A stretch of 64,000 bases of DNA from the NCBI GenBank assembly GCA_963836235.1, contig CAWIIP010000002.1, forward strand, positions 288,001 through 352,000, written 5' to 3'. Numbering within the stretch: position 1 is the first letter of the stretch; every line of letters begins with the position of its first letter. Origin of the DNA: an uncultured Pseudomonadota bacterium. Lineage in GTDB: Bacteria; Oederibacteriota; Muellerivitia; Muellerivitales; Muellerivitaceae. The position numbers and the translations under genes are program-made. Under the pieces are notes generated by a model. The model was not told where the DNA came from, searched no databases, and saw only the letters and a program-made list of their open reading frames with translations. Positions 31,556 to 41,754 of this stretch are shown here, in pieces.

Positions 31556-32122
31556 ATGGCGCAACTCAACTTGGACGAACTAGGACCTCTCCAAAATCTG
31601 GTGGGGACTTTCAAAGGAAATATCGGTGACGATATCGCCCCCTCGGATGACCGGGGCACCGAGAACAACAAATTCCACGAGGTGATCGTCTTTACCCATA
31701 TCCTTCCCGCCGCCAACCACGAGCAGACGCTTTATGGCCTGCGATACCACCAGCAAGTTTTCCGCCACGGCGAGGAATTCCCCTTCCACGACCAGGTGGG
31801 TTACTGGCACTGGGACCCCAAGGCCAAGCTGGTGATGCAGTCCCTGACTATTCCCCGGGCCATGGCGGTCCTGGCCGGGGGCCACGCGGAACACGATTCC
31901 AAATCGTTTAAATTAAAGGCGGAACTGGGCTCCAAGACCTTCGGGATAGCTTCCAATCCTTTCTTGGATAAGGAATTCGAGACTGTCGAATATGAAATCC
32001 AAATAACCTTTTTGGATGATGAAACTTTCTCCTACGACCAGGTGACGAAAATCAAAATCAAAGGCCAGCCGAAAATTTTTGAACACCGAGACAAGAACAC
32101 CCTCACACGAGTGAACGCTTAA
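31556..32122 (+). CDS. Nitrobindin/FABP-like heme-binding beta-barrel (DUF1794-like)
   Basis: LGPL..LVG, LYGLRY, FHDQVGYW, FEHRDKNTL; RBS GAGGAG. Confidence 0.8.
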   Translation: MAQLNLDELGPLQNLVGTFKGNIGDDIAPSDDRGTENNKFHEVIVFTHILPAANHEQTLYGLRYHQQVFRHGEEFPFHDQVGYWHWDPKAKLVMQSLTIPRAMAVLAGGHAEHDSKSFKLKAELGSKTFGIASNPFLDKEFETVEYEIQITFLDDETFSYDQVTKIKIKGQPKIFEHRDKNTLTRVNA

Positions 32123-32224
32123 CAAATAGTAAAGTGTCCAAGACGGGGACCCGTCGCGGGAAGGTTGTTTTGAAGGCCGGGTTTTAACTCACTCGAAAAT
32201 CGGATCGAATATTGGGGGAAGGTT

Positions 32225-32473
32225 ATGAACAAGAAGAAAACGATCCTAGTGGAAAAAATTGAAAAAAAAGAAAGCCCGGCGATGGTAATTTTACGCTCGT
32301 ATATAATGCTCGCTATTTTTTTCTTAATTTTAATGTTCGTTTATTCTCATTTGCCAGAAACGAGTCCCTTTGCCAATGGAGTAATTTTTTTACTAATCTT
32401 TGTGGCCATTCTCTTTAGTTGGCGTATTTTCTTGAAAATAAGAAGCGTTTTTAAAAAGCAGAAACAATTCTAG
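32225..32473 (+). CDS. Small two-TM membrane protein
   Basis: Two hydrophobic helices. Confidence 0.55.
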   Translation: MNKKKTILVEKIEKKESPAMVILRSYIMLAIFFLILMFVYSHLPETSPFANGVIFLLIFVAILFSWRIFLKIRSVFKKQKQF

Positions 32474-32496
32474 AAGAATTCCTTGTCTACAACGGG

Positions 32497-33189
32497 GTGG
32501 TGTTTTTGAAAAAACAATTTTTAGCTTTATTTTTTTCTATCTTGCTTTGTCTCACTTCACACGTCTGGAGTAAGGGTTCTCCCCTCAATGCTCCGGGGAC
32601 GGTTTTCATCCGTCAAAAAATCTCAGATTTCAAAACCTTTCGCCAAGTCTTCGTCGATCAAAAGCAAAACCTCAAGGACCATGGCTTTTCCGCTTACAGC
32701 CTTCATCGGGATTTGAACGATCCCCTGACCTATATCCTGACCCTCAAATGTTCCGATCTGGAAAAGGGCGTGGATTTTGTTAGGTCAGCCAATTTCATGG
32801 CCTCCATGGACAAAGCGGGGGGCAAAATCCCAATGGTCTGGTACGGGCTGGATTCGAAAGAGCGGAAATACACCGATCAGCCCAAGATGACGGGTGGCGT
32901 CGTGATCGCCCGAAATGAAGTGCGGGACTATAAATTTTGGTTGGACTGCTTCTATAAAGAGGACGGGGGAAAGCACAATCACCCCGGTCGGAAATATAAA
33001 AACAGCAATTACAGCATCCACCATCTGCCGGGTGAACCGGCGGTGGCGATTGTGGTTCACGAAGCCTCCGATGTCTCGAAAGCCCCGGTCTTTATGACTT
33101 CCGACCCCATGAACGGTGAAATGGAAGCCACGGGTGTGATAGGCTTGGAAATCTGGTACGGGATCAATTTGGAAGAAGGTCTGTTTTAA
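32497..33189 (+). CDS. Exported protein with tandem ABM/cyclase-like alpha+beta domains
   Basis: Internal duplication: IRQKISDF..YSLHR..MDKAG versus ARNEVRDY..YSIHH..MEATG. Confidence 0.55.
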   Translation: MVFLKKQFLALFFSILLCLTSHVWSKGSPLNAPGTVFIRQKISDFKTFRQVFVDQKQNLKDHGFSAYSLHRDLNDPLTYILTLKCSDLEKGVDFVRSANFMASMDKAGGKIPMVWYGLDSKERKYTDQPKMTGGVVIARNEVRDYKFWLDCFYKEDGGKHNHPGRKYKNSNYSIHHLPGEPAVAIVVHEASDVSKAPVFMTSDPMNGEMEATGVIGLEIWYGINLEEGLF

Positions 33190-33215
33190 AAGTCTTAAAA
33201 GCGGAGAAATCGATA

Positions 33216-34001
33216 ATGCAAAACACCGATAAAATCCAACAACCGGTAATGAACAAGCCCCTGACGGTTCCTACCTATTCCAAGTGGACGGAAGACGAAT
33301 TAATGAAACTCAGTGCGAACGAGTTCATGCAAAAGCTTTACCACCGCGCCAAGGATATCGGCGACGACCTCTACGATTCCGAGAAATACGAGTTCTTCAC
33401 CCTGGACCCTGAAGTTTACAGGGAAAACCTAGTCGCTTACATGAGACGTCGGGCTTGGTCTGAGTGGTATTTCGGAACCGTGGCCCAAGCGAGGGAAATC
33501 ACCCTTTTGCCCGAAAACCAGGTTGACCTGAAGTTGCGGCTGGCCAGGCAGATCCAAGATGAAATGCGACATTACGATGTCTTCGCCCAGCAACTTCGCC
33601 GTTTCGGGTCCGAACCCCGCATTTCCGATTTTGTATTGCCTGAAATCCTAGTCCAAATGCAGAAGGTCCAAGTGGAGGCCGAGACGGCTTCGGAAATCGC
33701 CGCCGCCAACCAGTTTGCCGGTGAAATCGTGCTTTCCTCCATGACGGACCTGGAAACCAGCATATTCAAGCGCTTATTCGATGAGGAACTGATGAATGCC
33801 ATTTACGATATTGAGAAAGATGAACCGCCGCATATCGCCAATGGGAAGGACTTGATTCTTTTGGATTGCGGAACTTTCGAGCGGAGGCGGAAATTGGCCT
33901 TGGCCCAGGAAAAGTATCTCGGTTACATGATGCAGTTACACGTCACCGAAATCGTAAAGCTAGGCTGCCGCCGCCTCGGCCCCTTGCCTATTTTTAATTA
34001 A
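33216..34001 (+). CDS. Ferritin-like diiron-carboxylate protein
   Basis: E..(QDEMRH)..E..(DEPPH): two D-E-x-x-H motifs with ferritin-fold spacing. Confidence 0.75.
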   Translation: MQNTDKIQQPVMNKPLTVPTYSKWTEDELMKLSANEFMQKLYHRAKDIGDDLYDSEKYEFFTLDPEVYRENLVAYMRRRAWSEWYFGTVAQAREITLLPENQVDLKLRLARQIQDEMRHYDVFAQQLRRFGSEPRISDFVLPEILVQMQKVQVEAETASEIAAANQFAGEIVLSSMTDLETSIFKRLFDEELMNAIYDIEKDEPPHIANGKDLILLDCGTFERRRKLALAQEKYLGYMMQLHVTEIVKLGCRRLGPLPIFN

Positions 34002-34012
34002 TTCGCCTGACA

Positions 34013-34687
34013 TTACTTGGCCGCGTTGATGAATTCCGTTAGGTGGTTAAAGTAATTCCCCCAAACCGATAAGCCGAACTTAAAACCTGATAACAGTTCT
34101 TCCCATCCACCATTAGTTTCAGCCTCTTTCACCATGATCATAGTGATTTCCTTGACATGGTCTTCCTCCAGCACCAGGTGTTTCTCGAAATATTCCTGGT
34201 CCGCGCCGGGATAGTGGGGTTTCAAGACCTTATAAATGTGGGTCAAAGCGGGCTGAGCCAGATATTCCCCGGCGGCCAGGGCTCCCAGCACAGTCCCGGC
34301 GCTTTCGGCGTTCTTAATATAATTAGACAGACAGGTTCTCCATTCCGAAGCGAAGTCGTTTTCGGAAATGGTGGAAAGGTCGATGCCCGCCGTGGAAAGG
34401 AACTTACGGTAAATGGCATAATGGGTGCGCCGGGTGTCCCCTTCCCCGCATTCCTGATACAAATTCACTGCCAGAACCGAGCGGGATTCCTCGTCCGTCA
34501 TGCGCGCCGCCCCTGCCGCGATCAAAGCCGGAAAACTTTTTACAAGGGCGTCAAAGGTAACGAGGAATTTCCCGCACATCGTCCGGTCGATAAGGCCCTC
34601 TTTCCAAATCACGAAAAACGGACAGTTTTTCATGAAGGTCTCGATTAATCCGTCGAGATCATGCTTTATTTTTTCTTCAGAAATCAT
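34013..34687 (-). CDS. Heme-oxygenase-like diiron oxidase (HDO; CADD/PqqC/TenA superfamily)
   Basis: NLYQECG..TH, GE, YFEKHLVLEEDH ligand pattern. Confidence 0.8.
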   Translation of the reverse strand: MISEEKIKHDLDGLIETFMKNCPFFVIWKEGLIDRTMCGKFLVTFDALVKSFPALIAAGAARMTDEESRSVLAVNLYQECGEGDTRRTHYAIYRKFLSTAGIDLSTISENDFASEWRTCLSNYIKNAESAGTVLGALAAGEYLAQPALTHIYKVLKPHYPGADQEYFEKHLVLEEDHVKEITMIMVKEAETNGGWEELLSGFKFGLSVWGNYFNHLTEFINAAK

Positions 34688-34797
34688 CTTAGAAAGCCTT
34701 TTTCAGAACCAGTTTTAGAAACCTAGTATAAACTGAGTCGGATTTATTGACCCCCACTATGTTTTAGAGTTCAAATAGCGCAAAGGCGGAAATCAAA

Positions 34798-35850
34798 ATG
34801 ATAAGACCCCGAAAGCACCTGGAAAAACTAACCCGTCATAAACAAAATTGGGACACCCGCGCCGATTTCCTACGGCTGGATCTCAATGAAATTGTTCCCC
34901 ATATAGATGAGAAGGCCTTTCATCAAATGATGGGGGCGATCAAACCCTGGATGGTTTCGGCCTACACCGATACGAACCCGGTCTATGCGGCCTTGTCTCA
35001 TTCCCTGAAAATGTCGGAAGATCATTTAATCCTGACCAACGGCGCCGACGCGGGCATCCGGCAGGTGTTGGAGGTCTTTTGCGATCCGGGGGATGAAATC
35101 CTTACCCCCTACCCCACTTACGAGTTTTACCGAATCTACGTTGAAATTCTCAATTTAAAGTGCGTAAAGGTTAAGTACTCGAAAGAATTCGAGATTTCGA
35201 TTGGCGAAATTCTTAACAACATCAGGCCCGCTACGAAAGTCATCGCCATCGCCAATCCCAACGGCGTCATTGGGTGCGTCATGGAGGCCCACGATTTGGA
35301 GCTGGTCATTGATAAAGCCTCGGCCAACGGAACCATCGTGCTCCTGGACGAGGCCTACGTCGAATTTTATGGGGATTCTTGGATCAACCGCGTGGATGAA
35401 TTTGATAATTTGATCGTGCTCCGCACCTTCTCCAAAGCCGGGGGGCTGGCCGGACTCCGCTTCGGCTATATCGCCACAAACCCGGAAGTCCGTCAGTGGC
35501 TGTATAAAACCATCCCTAACGTGGAAATCAACAGCATCGCCGCCTGCGCTGGCCGGTATTTGATGGAAAACCCGCAAGTAATCAGCTCCGCCGTTCAGAA
35601 GACTTTGGAGGGCAAAAGCTACTTCATCCAGGCCCTCAAGGAATTAGGGTTGGGCGGCTACGCCGGGCATGCCAATTTCATTCTCGTGAAATTTGGTGAA
35701 AAACGAAAAAATATTTTAGAAGCTTTCACCCATGAAAAAATAAGGGTGAAGGATTTCGCGGGTGATGAACTTTTGGATGAATACACCCGAATCACGCTTG
35801 GGCCAAAAGAATATATGGAGAAGGTAGTGGAAATCATCAAGGGTATTTAA
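34798..35850 (+). CDS. PLP-dependent class I/II aminotransferase (HisC-like)
   Basis: RLDLNE, ANPN, DEAYVEF, RTFSKAGGLAGLRFGY. Confidence 0.85.
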   Translation: MIRPRKHLEKLTRHKQNWDTRADFLRLDLNEIVPHIDEKAFHQMMGAIKPWMVSAYTDTNPVYAALSHSLKMSEDHLILTNGADAGIRQVLEVFCDPGDEILTPYPTYEFYRIYVEILNLKCVKVKYSKEFEISIGEILNNIRPATKVIAIANPNGVIGCVMEAHDLELVIDKASANGTIVLLDEAYVEFYGDSWINRVDEFDNLIVLRTFSKAGGLAGLRFGYIATNPEVRQWLYKTIPNVEINSIAACAGRYLMENPQVISSAVQKTLEGKSYFIQALKELGLGGYAGHANFILVKFGEKRKNILEAFTHEKIRVKDFAGDELLDEYTRITLGPKEYMEKVVEIIKGI

Positions 35851-35865
35851 AGACAACAAGAACTC

Positions 35866-35977
35866 TTTGAACCGCAAAGACACTAGAAACAGCTAAAAAC
35901 AAAGAGGTTCAAATTAGGATGAGAATACAAATTTCAGTTTTGATTTTCTTGATGCCTTGGTGCTTTGGTGATTCAAA
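35866..35977. repeat. Degenerate palindromic REP/MITE-like element (AACCACnAAGACAC family)
   Basis: TTTGAACCGCAAAGACAC ... GTGCTTTGGTGATTCAAA imperfect inverted arms, related to 44320-44409. Confidence 0.4.
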
Positions 35978-36872
35978 TTTTTTTCTTTGGGCTGGCGATG
36001 TTCCCACCACTCCATCCCCCCTATCTCATCCCTATTTGGCCCAATGGGGCGGCTCGGGCCCGGGCAAGGGGCAATTGTGGGGCGCCTTTGGAATCGCCGT
36101 GAATCAAAGCGGAAACGTCTACGTGGCCGATTATGTCAATGACCGCATTGAAGTGTTCGATTCCTTCGGGGCTTATGTCAACCAATGGGGCAGTAAAGGC
36201 AACGGAAGCCTACAATTCCACCACGCTTTGGGCGTGGCGGTGGATTCCAAGCAAAATGTCTATGTCGCGGATACCCTGAACGACCAAATCAAAAAATTCG
36301 ATTCCTCCGGCGTCTATATCACCGAGTGGGGGGGATATGGGGACAGCAAAGGCCAGCTTTTCAATCCCACTTCTCTTTCGACGGACAAGGCCGATAACGT
36401 CTATGTCGTGGATTCGGCCAACAACCGCGTCCAAGAGTTCACTTCCGTCGGAGTCTATTTAAACGGCTGGGGCGGGCTGGGCAAGGATGAGGGCCAATTC
36501 GATTCCCCCAATAGTGTCGCGCTGGACTCTACTGGAAATGTCTACATTTCGGATTTTCACAATAACCGCGTTGAGAAATTCACCGCTTCCGGAGCCTTCC
36601 TCACCCAATGGGGAAAGATCGGTAATGAGAATGGACAATTTAGCGGTCCGGATGGAATCGCCATCGACGGCAAGGATCATGTATATGTGGTGGATTCGGA
36701 CAACAACCGTGTTGAGGAGTTCACTTCCGCCGGAACCTATTTGACCCAATGGGGCGCATCCGGCAAGGGCGATGGCCAATTTTCCATGCCCGCAGGCGTT
36801 GCCGTAGATAACAAGGGCAACCTCTATGTTGTGGACTGGGGCGCCGACCGCATAGAGAAGTTCGGGCCCTAA
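35919..36872 (+). CDS. NHL-repeat beta-propeller protein
   Basis: Six repeats of GQF..P.GIAVD..GNVYVAD..N.RV.KF. Confidence 0.92.
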   Translation: MRIQISVLIFLMPWCFGDSNFFLWAGDVPTTPSPLSHPYLAQWGGSGPGKGQLWGAFGIAVNQSGNVYVADYVNDRIEVFDSFGAYVNQWGSKGNGSLQFHHALGVAVDSKQNVYVADTLNDQIKKFDSSGVYITEWGGYGDSKGQLFNPTSLSTDKADNVYVVDSANNRVQEFTSVGVYLNGWGGLGKDEGQFDSPNSVALDSTGNVYISDFHNNRVEKFTASGAFLTQWGKIGNENGQFSGPDGIAIDGKDHVYVVDSDNNRVEEFTSAGTYLTQWGASGKGDGQFSMPAGVAVDNKGNLYVVDWGADRIEKFGP

Positions 36873-36950
36873 TAGAATTTTGCCCTAAAACGCAAATGCG
36901 GGGCGGTAAGTTACCCGCCCCTCATTATCCAACCCATTATCCTTCAAACT

Positions 36951-38861
36951 TTACTGAGGCCGAAATCCACCTGGCCTTGGTTTTCCCGGTCCAGACCTTT
37001 TAAAGCCGCCCTTGGGATGGAAATTCCCAGGACGGTGTTCTCCCCCCGGACGACCCCCACTGAAGGAGCGCTCACCCGGGCGGTGTTCGGAACGATGCTG
37101 ACCATCCCGGGCAAAAGGCCGGGGGCCGCTATGGGGTCTCTCCCCTTGTGACGGCCTGCGGTGCGGAGCGCCGCTGGGGCCATTGAACCCGCCTTCCCGA
37201 CGGAAACCGGAACGGTCCTGGAAACCACCACGGCTCTGCCCGGGGCGACCTTCCCTACGGTATCCACCGCGATCCTCACGGGGAAAGGGGCGGCTGGGAG
37301 AAGAGGGCCTTCCTCCTCCCATGAATTTCTGGCCCATTCGTTGAATAAAGCCCACGGGCTTTCCCCAATTGCGGGATTCGTTCGACATCGGCTGTTTCTC
37401 ATCGGCTTCATCAAAAGGCGTGGCGGCATTGGCCGGCGCCTCTTCCCTCGGAGCTTGGAATCTTTCCTGGTGCATTTGCGATCTCTGCTGGTGCCTTCCA
37501 TCCGGATGGCGATTTTTCTGACGGAAATCCTGCGACTGGGAATCCCGGTGTCCGCCTTGGAACCCACGGTTTTCCTGCTCCCGCTGAGGGGGGCGGCCAT
37601 GGGAAGGACTATGAGGCGCCCGGCCTGGATGGGGGCCGGAAGGCCTGCCTCCGGGTGCCCGGTTATGCCTTTGAGGCCCGTGCGACGAGGGGCGGTGCCC
37701 CTGGGAGTGGCTCGAAGCCGACCCTTCCTTAGGAGCGGTGAAGCCAAAATGGGAAGGCTTGACTTCGATGGTTTCCTTGTTGGCACCCATCAGTTTCAAG
37801 ATTCTTCCCCATAATTCCCGGTCCTCGGGAGTCAGGAAACACAAGGCTTCGCCTTCGGCCCCCGCCCTGGCGGTGCGGCCCACGCGATGAATATAGTCTT
37901 CCGGGTTGCGGGGCAGATCATAGTTGATCACATGGGCGATATGGTGGATATCCAAACCCCGGGCCGCGATGTCCGTGGCCACCAGGATGAGGAACTTCCC
38001 TTCCCGGAACTGGTCGATAGCCTGGCGCCTTTGGGATTGGGTGCGGCCCCCGTGGATACGGGTGACCTTGAGGCCCTCTTCCTTGAGGCGGTTCATGACG
38101 CGGTCCACCCGATGTTGGGTACGGGTAAAAATGAGGATCGAGCCCTGCCTTTCCTTCAGTTCGGCGGAAAGCTCCTCAGGTTTCTTCGCTTCGGTGGTGT
38201 AGAGAATCTTCTGGGCGATCTTCTGAAGGGGCTGGGTGGTGGAACCAATGGTGATGCGCACCGGGTTTTTCAAATACTTCGAGGCCATCTGTTGGATATT
38301 GTTTGGGATGGTGGCGGAGAAAAGAAGAGTCTGGCGCTCCCCTGTCAGCCTCTTGCGGATTTCATCCAATTGGGGCGCGAAACCCATGTCCAGCATGCGA
38401 TCCGCCTCGTCCAAAACGAGGAAGCCCGTGTGGCTCAGGTTCAAGGACCCGCGGTTGAGATGGTCGATCACCCGGCCCGGCGTGCCGATAACGAGCCGGG
38501 GCTTGCGGGTAAGCTGGGTGAATTGGGTGCTCATGTTGGCGCCACCGATAAGAAGCACGGACCCACCCAAATGATGGGTACCGCTGAGTTTGCGCAGTAC
38601 TTCCTGCACCTGCACGGCCAGTTCCCGAGTAGGAGTCAAAATGAGCGCGGTCTTGTCCTTATGTTTTTCCAGGTAATTGAGAAGGGGAATGCCGAAGGCG
38701 GCGGTCTTTCCCGTACCCGTTTGGGCGGAGGCGATGACGTCCTTGCCTTCCAATCCCGGCGGGATGGCCTGCGCCTGTACCGGCGTGGGCTTTTCGAAAT
38801 TCATCTGCTTGATGGAGTGCGCTAAAAACTCGGGCAATCCTAACTCTTGAAAACTTTCCAT
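36951..38861 (-). CDS. DEAD-box RNA helicase with long Gly/Arg-rich disordered tail
   Basis: Q motif, AQTGTGKT, PTRELA, DEAD, SAT, HRVGRTAR. Confidence 0.95.
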   Translation of the reverse strand: MESFQELGLPEFLAHSIKQMNFEKPTPVQAQAIPPGLEGKDVIASAQTGTGKTAAFGIPLLNYLEKHKDKTALILTPTRELAVQVQEVLRKLSGTHHLGGSVLLIGGANMSTQFTQLTRKPRLVIGTPGRVIDHLNRGSLNLSHTGFLVLDEADRMLDMGFAPQLDEIRKRLTGERQTLLFSATIPNNIQQMASKYLKNPVRITIGSTTQPLQKIAQKILYTTEAKKPEELSAELKERQGSILIFTRTQHRVDRVMNRLKEEGLKVTRIHGGRTQSQRRQAIDQFREGKFLILVATDIAARGLDIHHIAHVINYDLPRNPEDYIHRVGRTARAGAEGEALCFLTPEDRELWGRILKLMGANKETIEVKPSHFGFTAPKEGSASSHSQGHRPSSHGPQRHNRAPGGRPSGPHPGRAPHSPSHGRPPQREQENRGFQGGHRDSQSQDFRQKNRHPDGRHQQRSQMHQERFQAPREEAPANAATPFDEADEKQPMSNESRNWGKPVGFIQRMGQKFMGGGRPSSPSRPFPREDRGGYRREGRPGQSRGGFQDRSGFRREGGFNGPSGAPHRRPSQGERPHSGPRPFARDGQHRSEHRPGERSFSGGRPGGEHRPGNFHPKGGFKRSGPGKPRPGGFRPQ

Positions 38862-39279
38862 TTTTTTCCTTTTTAATGGGCTGTTGTTGCGAAGAATGTC
38901 CGGTGAATAAAGGACAGCGACGAAGCAACCCCAGTTTAAAAAGACCGATCAACTTGGATGGCTTAGGCCGGTCCTGTTTTGATAAAAACAGGCCACGGCG
39001 ATCGCAAAAGCAGCGTTTAATTTTTATTTTGGAATGAATCGGGGGAAATATAAGGATTGAAACTCCGTCACGCTATTTCTGCGGTGCCTATCGGCTGCCG
39101 CCACCCCGTGACGTCAATGAAGAAGGGTAACCAAATACATTCGGTACAGCGCACATACAATAACTTAAAAAGCTCTTTTTGGGGAAGATTCTTTCGTTTT
39201 CCACCATTTTAGATTTTGGTTCAGGAGCCGTCTTTTCATCGAAACTTCTATGATAAACTTGCCTTGATCATCACTAAAC

Positions 39280-41664
39280 ATGGATAAAGCCATCAAAAAG
39301 TTCTTTTTCTTCCTCACAATACTTCTCATGGGTAACAACCTCCGGGCGGCTACCATCACTTTTACCGTCAACGCGGGGGCTGCCGGTTTGACCATCCCTC
39401 CTTATACCTATGGCTCTAACGATCTCATCACCAATAATCCGACCACCGTCACTACCCCAACCGTAATCCTTGTTCACGGAATCCCACTGTATCGTCAGGG
39501 TGGTAATCGCCTGACCGCCTACAATTGGGAAAACAACGCCTCCAACGCCGGAACCGACTACGGTCCCAATCATGAGGATTGGTACATGGTGCCCAATGGA
39601 GTGACGCCTCCGGGAATGCCTGCCACGACCTTAACGACATTCATTGCCGGTAATAACGCCCTCAATGCCGCTTCCTTGGTCACCCTGCAAATGGCAGGCT
39701 ACGTTTCGGCCGATGGTAATTGTAATTGCGACGTGACGGAAACCGGGGCGGCAGACACCAGCGGAACCTATTGGAAGGCCGTCAGTTTTACCGGAAGTGC
39801 TCTGACAGGGACCACCGCGCCTGTCACCACCGACAAGGTTGTCTATATGAACGAAGAAATGTCCTATCTTTTAGCCACCGTGGGCGGAGCCAATTCGGGT
39901 GGCGCCAAGTTTTACGACCTGGATAACGAACCGGCCCTTTGGAATAGCACCCATCCCCTGGTCCATCCCAGCCAAGCCGCCTGCACTGAGGTGGCCGGGA
40001 AAGGCATCAGTCTCTCTACTGTTATCACCGCCGCCGATTCTAATGCCCAGGTTTTGGGGCCGGTCGCTTATGGCTGGAGTGAATACGTGAATAACCAAGG
40101 GGCGCCGGACGATAGCCCGACCTTGAATGCCTATTCAGGCAATCCCAATATTATCGCCTACCTGGATTATTACCTGGCCACGATGAAAACCGCCTCGAAC
40201 ACCGCAGGCCGGCGGCTATTGCATTATCTGGATTTACACTGGTATCCAGAAGCTACAGGATTGGACGCAGGTACCGCCGTACGCATCACCAATGACGATA
40301 CGACCTATGGAGTGGCGGTAGCCCGCATGCAAGCCCCCCGCAGCCTCTGGGACCCGACTTACACGGAAACGAGCTGGATCGCGCAGGATTCCACAGGCGG
40401 CCCCATTACTCTGATCCCCCGCCTTCAGTCCGCTGTCAGCCAATATTATCCCGGCACGGGACTCTCTTTCTCCGAATACCAATATGGATCGGGCGAGGAT
40501 ATTTCAGGCGGCGTGGCCCAAGCGGACGCGTTGGGAGTCTTCGGCCAATATGGCGCCATTGCCTGCCGGTGGGACGACGGGACGAACAACACCTACGTTG
40601 CCGCCGCCTATAACCTTTACTTGAATTACAACGGAGCCGGGGCCAGCTTCGGCAACCTTTCCATCCCCGCCACTAGTTCCAGCGTATCCTTGATGTCGGC
40701 TTACGCCTCGCGAAGCGCCGTCTCCCCCAACATGATCTGGGTGGTGGTGATCAACCGCGATTTCCCCAGCCCCGGTACCGCCGTCACCGACACGGGCAGT
40801 TTCAGCATCAATAATTTGGCCGGGGGGCAGTCCATCGCTTCCATCCGGGCCTATCGATTCGATCCCACCCACTCCTCCCCCACCAGTGTTGCGGCTCCCT
40901 CTTTCACCACGAATACCTTTACGGACAGTTCCATCCCTGGACGTTCGGGAACCCTTTACGAAATTACCTTGAACCAATACACGCCCACCCCCAGCAATAC
41001 CGCCACTTCCACACCCACAGCCACCCACAGCTCAACGCCGACATCCTCCCCGACATTCACCTCCAGTCCCACGGCAACCAACAGCCCCACCCCAACGTCC
41101 ACTTCGACGGTTTGTACCGACGGATCGGGAAACACCTGTACCTTTACTTCCACCTTTACCGCAACGAACACTTTTACGACAACCGCCACCCCGACCTGGA
41201 CCGCCTCACCGACCGTGACATCTACCTTCACTTCAACTCCCACTTTTACTTCTACCGCGACCCCGACCAACAGCTTCACCCCCACCCACACTTACACTCC
41301 CACTTCTTCGCCGACCGTCACTTCAACACCGACAATTACCTTTACCCCCACCATCACCCCAACCACCTTCAACGGCCCTCCCATTGGCGGCCTATTCATT
41401 TACCCCAATCCAGTTTACGGTTCTGGCCCGGTGAGTATCCAGTTCGCTTTGAATGGCTCGGCGGGACAGGTGAATCTGAAACTCTTCACAACGGCTTTTA
41501 GAAAAGTGAGGGAATCCTCGTTACAAAACACTCCGGCAGGCCTGGTCCAAACCCAATTGAATATGGTGGACGACCATGGCACCCCCTTGGCCAATGGCCT
41601 TTATTACTTGGTGATTACCGCCCCCCAAGGCCATGTCGTCGGTAAAATCATTAACCTCCAATAA
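39280..41664 (+). CDS. Exported glycoside hydrolase family 44 (endoglucanase/xyloglucanase-like) with Thr-rich linker and C-terminal YPNP domain
   Basis: RQGGNRLTAYNWENNASNAG, LDNEPALW, LDLHWYPE, SEYQYG; TPT repeats; IYPNP..LANGLYY. Confidence 0.85.
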   Translation: MDKAIKKFFFFLTILLMGNNLRAATITFTVNAGAAGLTIPPYTYGSNDLITNNPTTVTTPTVILVHGIPLYRQGGNRLTAYNWENNASNAGTDYGPNHEDWYMVPNGVTPPGMPATTLTTFIAGNNALNAASLVTLQMAGYVSADGNCNCDVTETGAADTSGTYWKAVSFTGSALTGTTAPVTTDKVVYMNEEMSYLLATVGGANSGGAKFYDLDNEPALWNSTHPLVHPSQAACTEVAGKGISLSTVITAADSNAQVLGPVAYGWSEYVNNQGAPDDSPTLNAYSGNPNIIAYLDYYLATMKTASNTAGRRLLHYLDLHWYPEATGLDAGTAVRITNDDTTYGVAVARMQAPRSLWDPTYTETSWIAQDSTGGPITLIPRLQSAVSQYYPGTGLSFSEYQYGSGEDISGGVAQADALGVFGQYGAIACRWDDGTNNTYVAAAYNLYLNYNGAGASFGNLSIPATSSSVSLMSAYASRSAVSPNMIWVVVINRDFPSPGTAVTDTGSFSINNLAGGQSIASIRAYRFDPTHSSPTSVAAPSFTTNTFTDSSIPGRSGTLYEITLNQYTPTPSNTATSTPTATHSSTPTSSPTFTSSPTATNSPTPTSTSTVCTDGSGNTCTFTSTFTATNTFTTTATPTWTASPTVTSTFTSTPTFTSTATPTNSFTPTHTYTPTSSPTVTSTPTITFTPTITPTTFNGPPIGGLFIYPNPVYGSGPVSIQFALNGSAGQVNLKLFTTAFRKVRESSLQNTPAGLVQTQLNMVDDHGTPLANGLYYLVITAPQGHVVGKIINLQ

Positions 41665-41754
41665 AAAGCAACTCTCTATTTATTCCCGCCATTTTAAAGA
41701 TTTATCAACCTTTTGGCGTCATGAACACGTCCAATAGAGGCGAGCAAATCCACT

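Noticed and set aside
36944-38825. Long alternative-frame ORFs (280, 217, 312 aa)
   Set aside because: Shadow ORFs over the GC-rich DEAD-box helicase gene.
40975-41370. Tandem repeats or CRISPR-like array
   Set aside because: Degenerate codon repeats encoding the Thr/Pro linker of GH44; no repeat-spacer structure.
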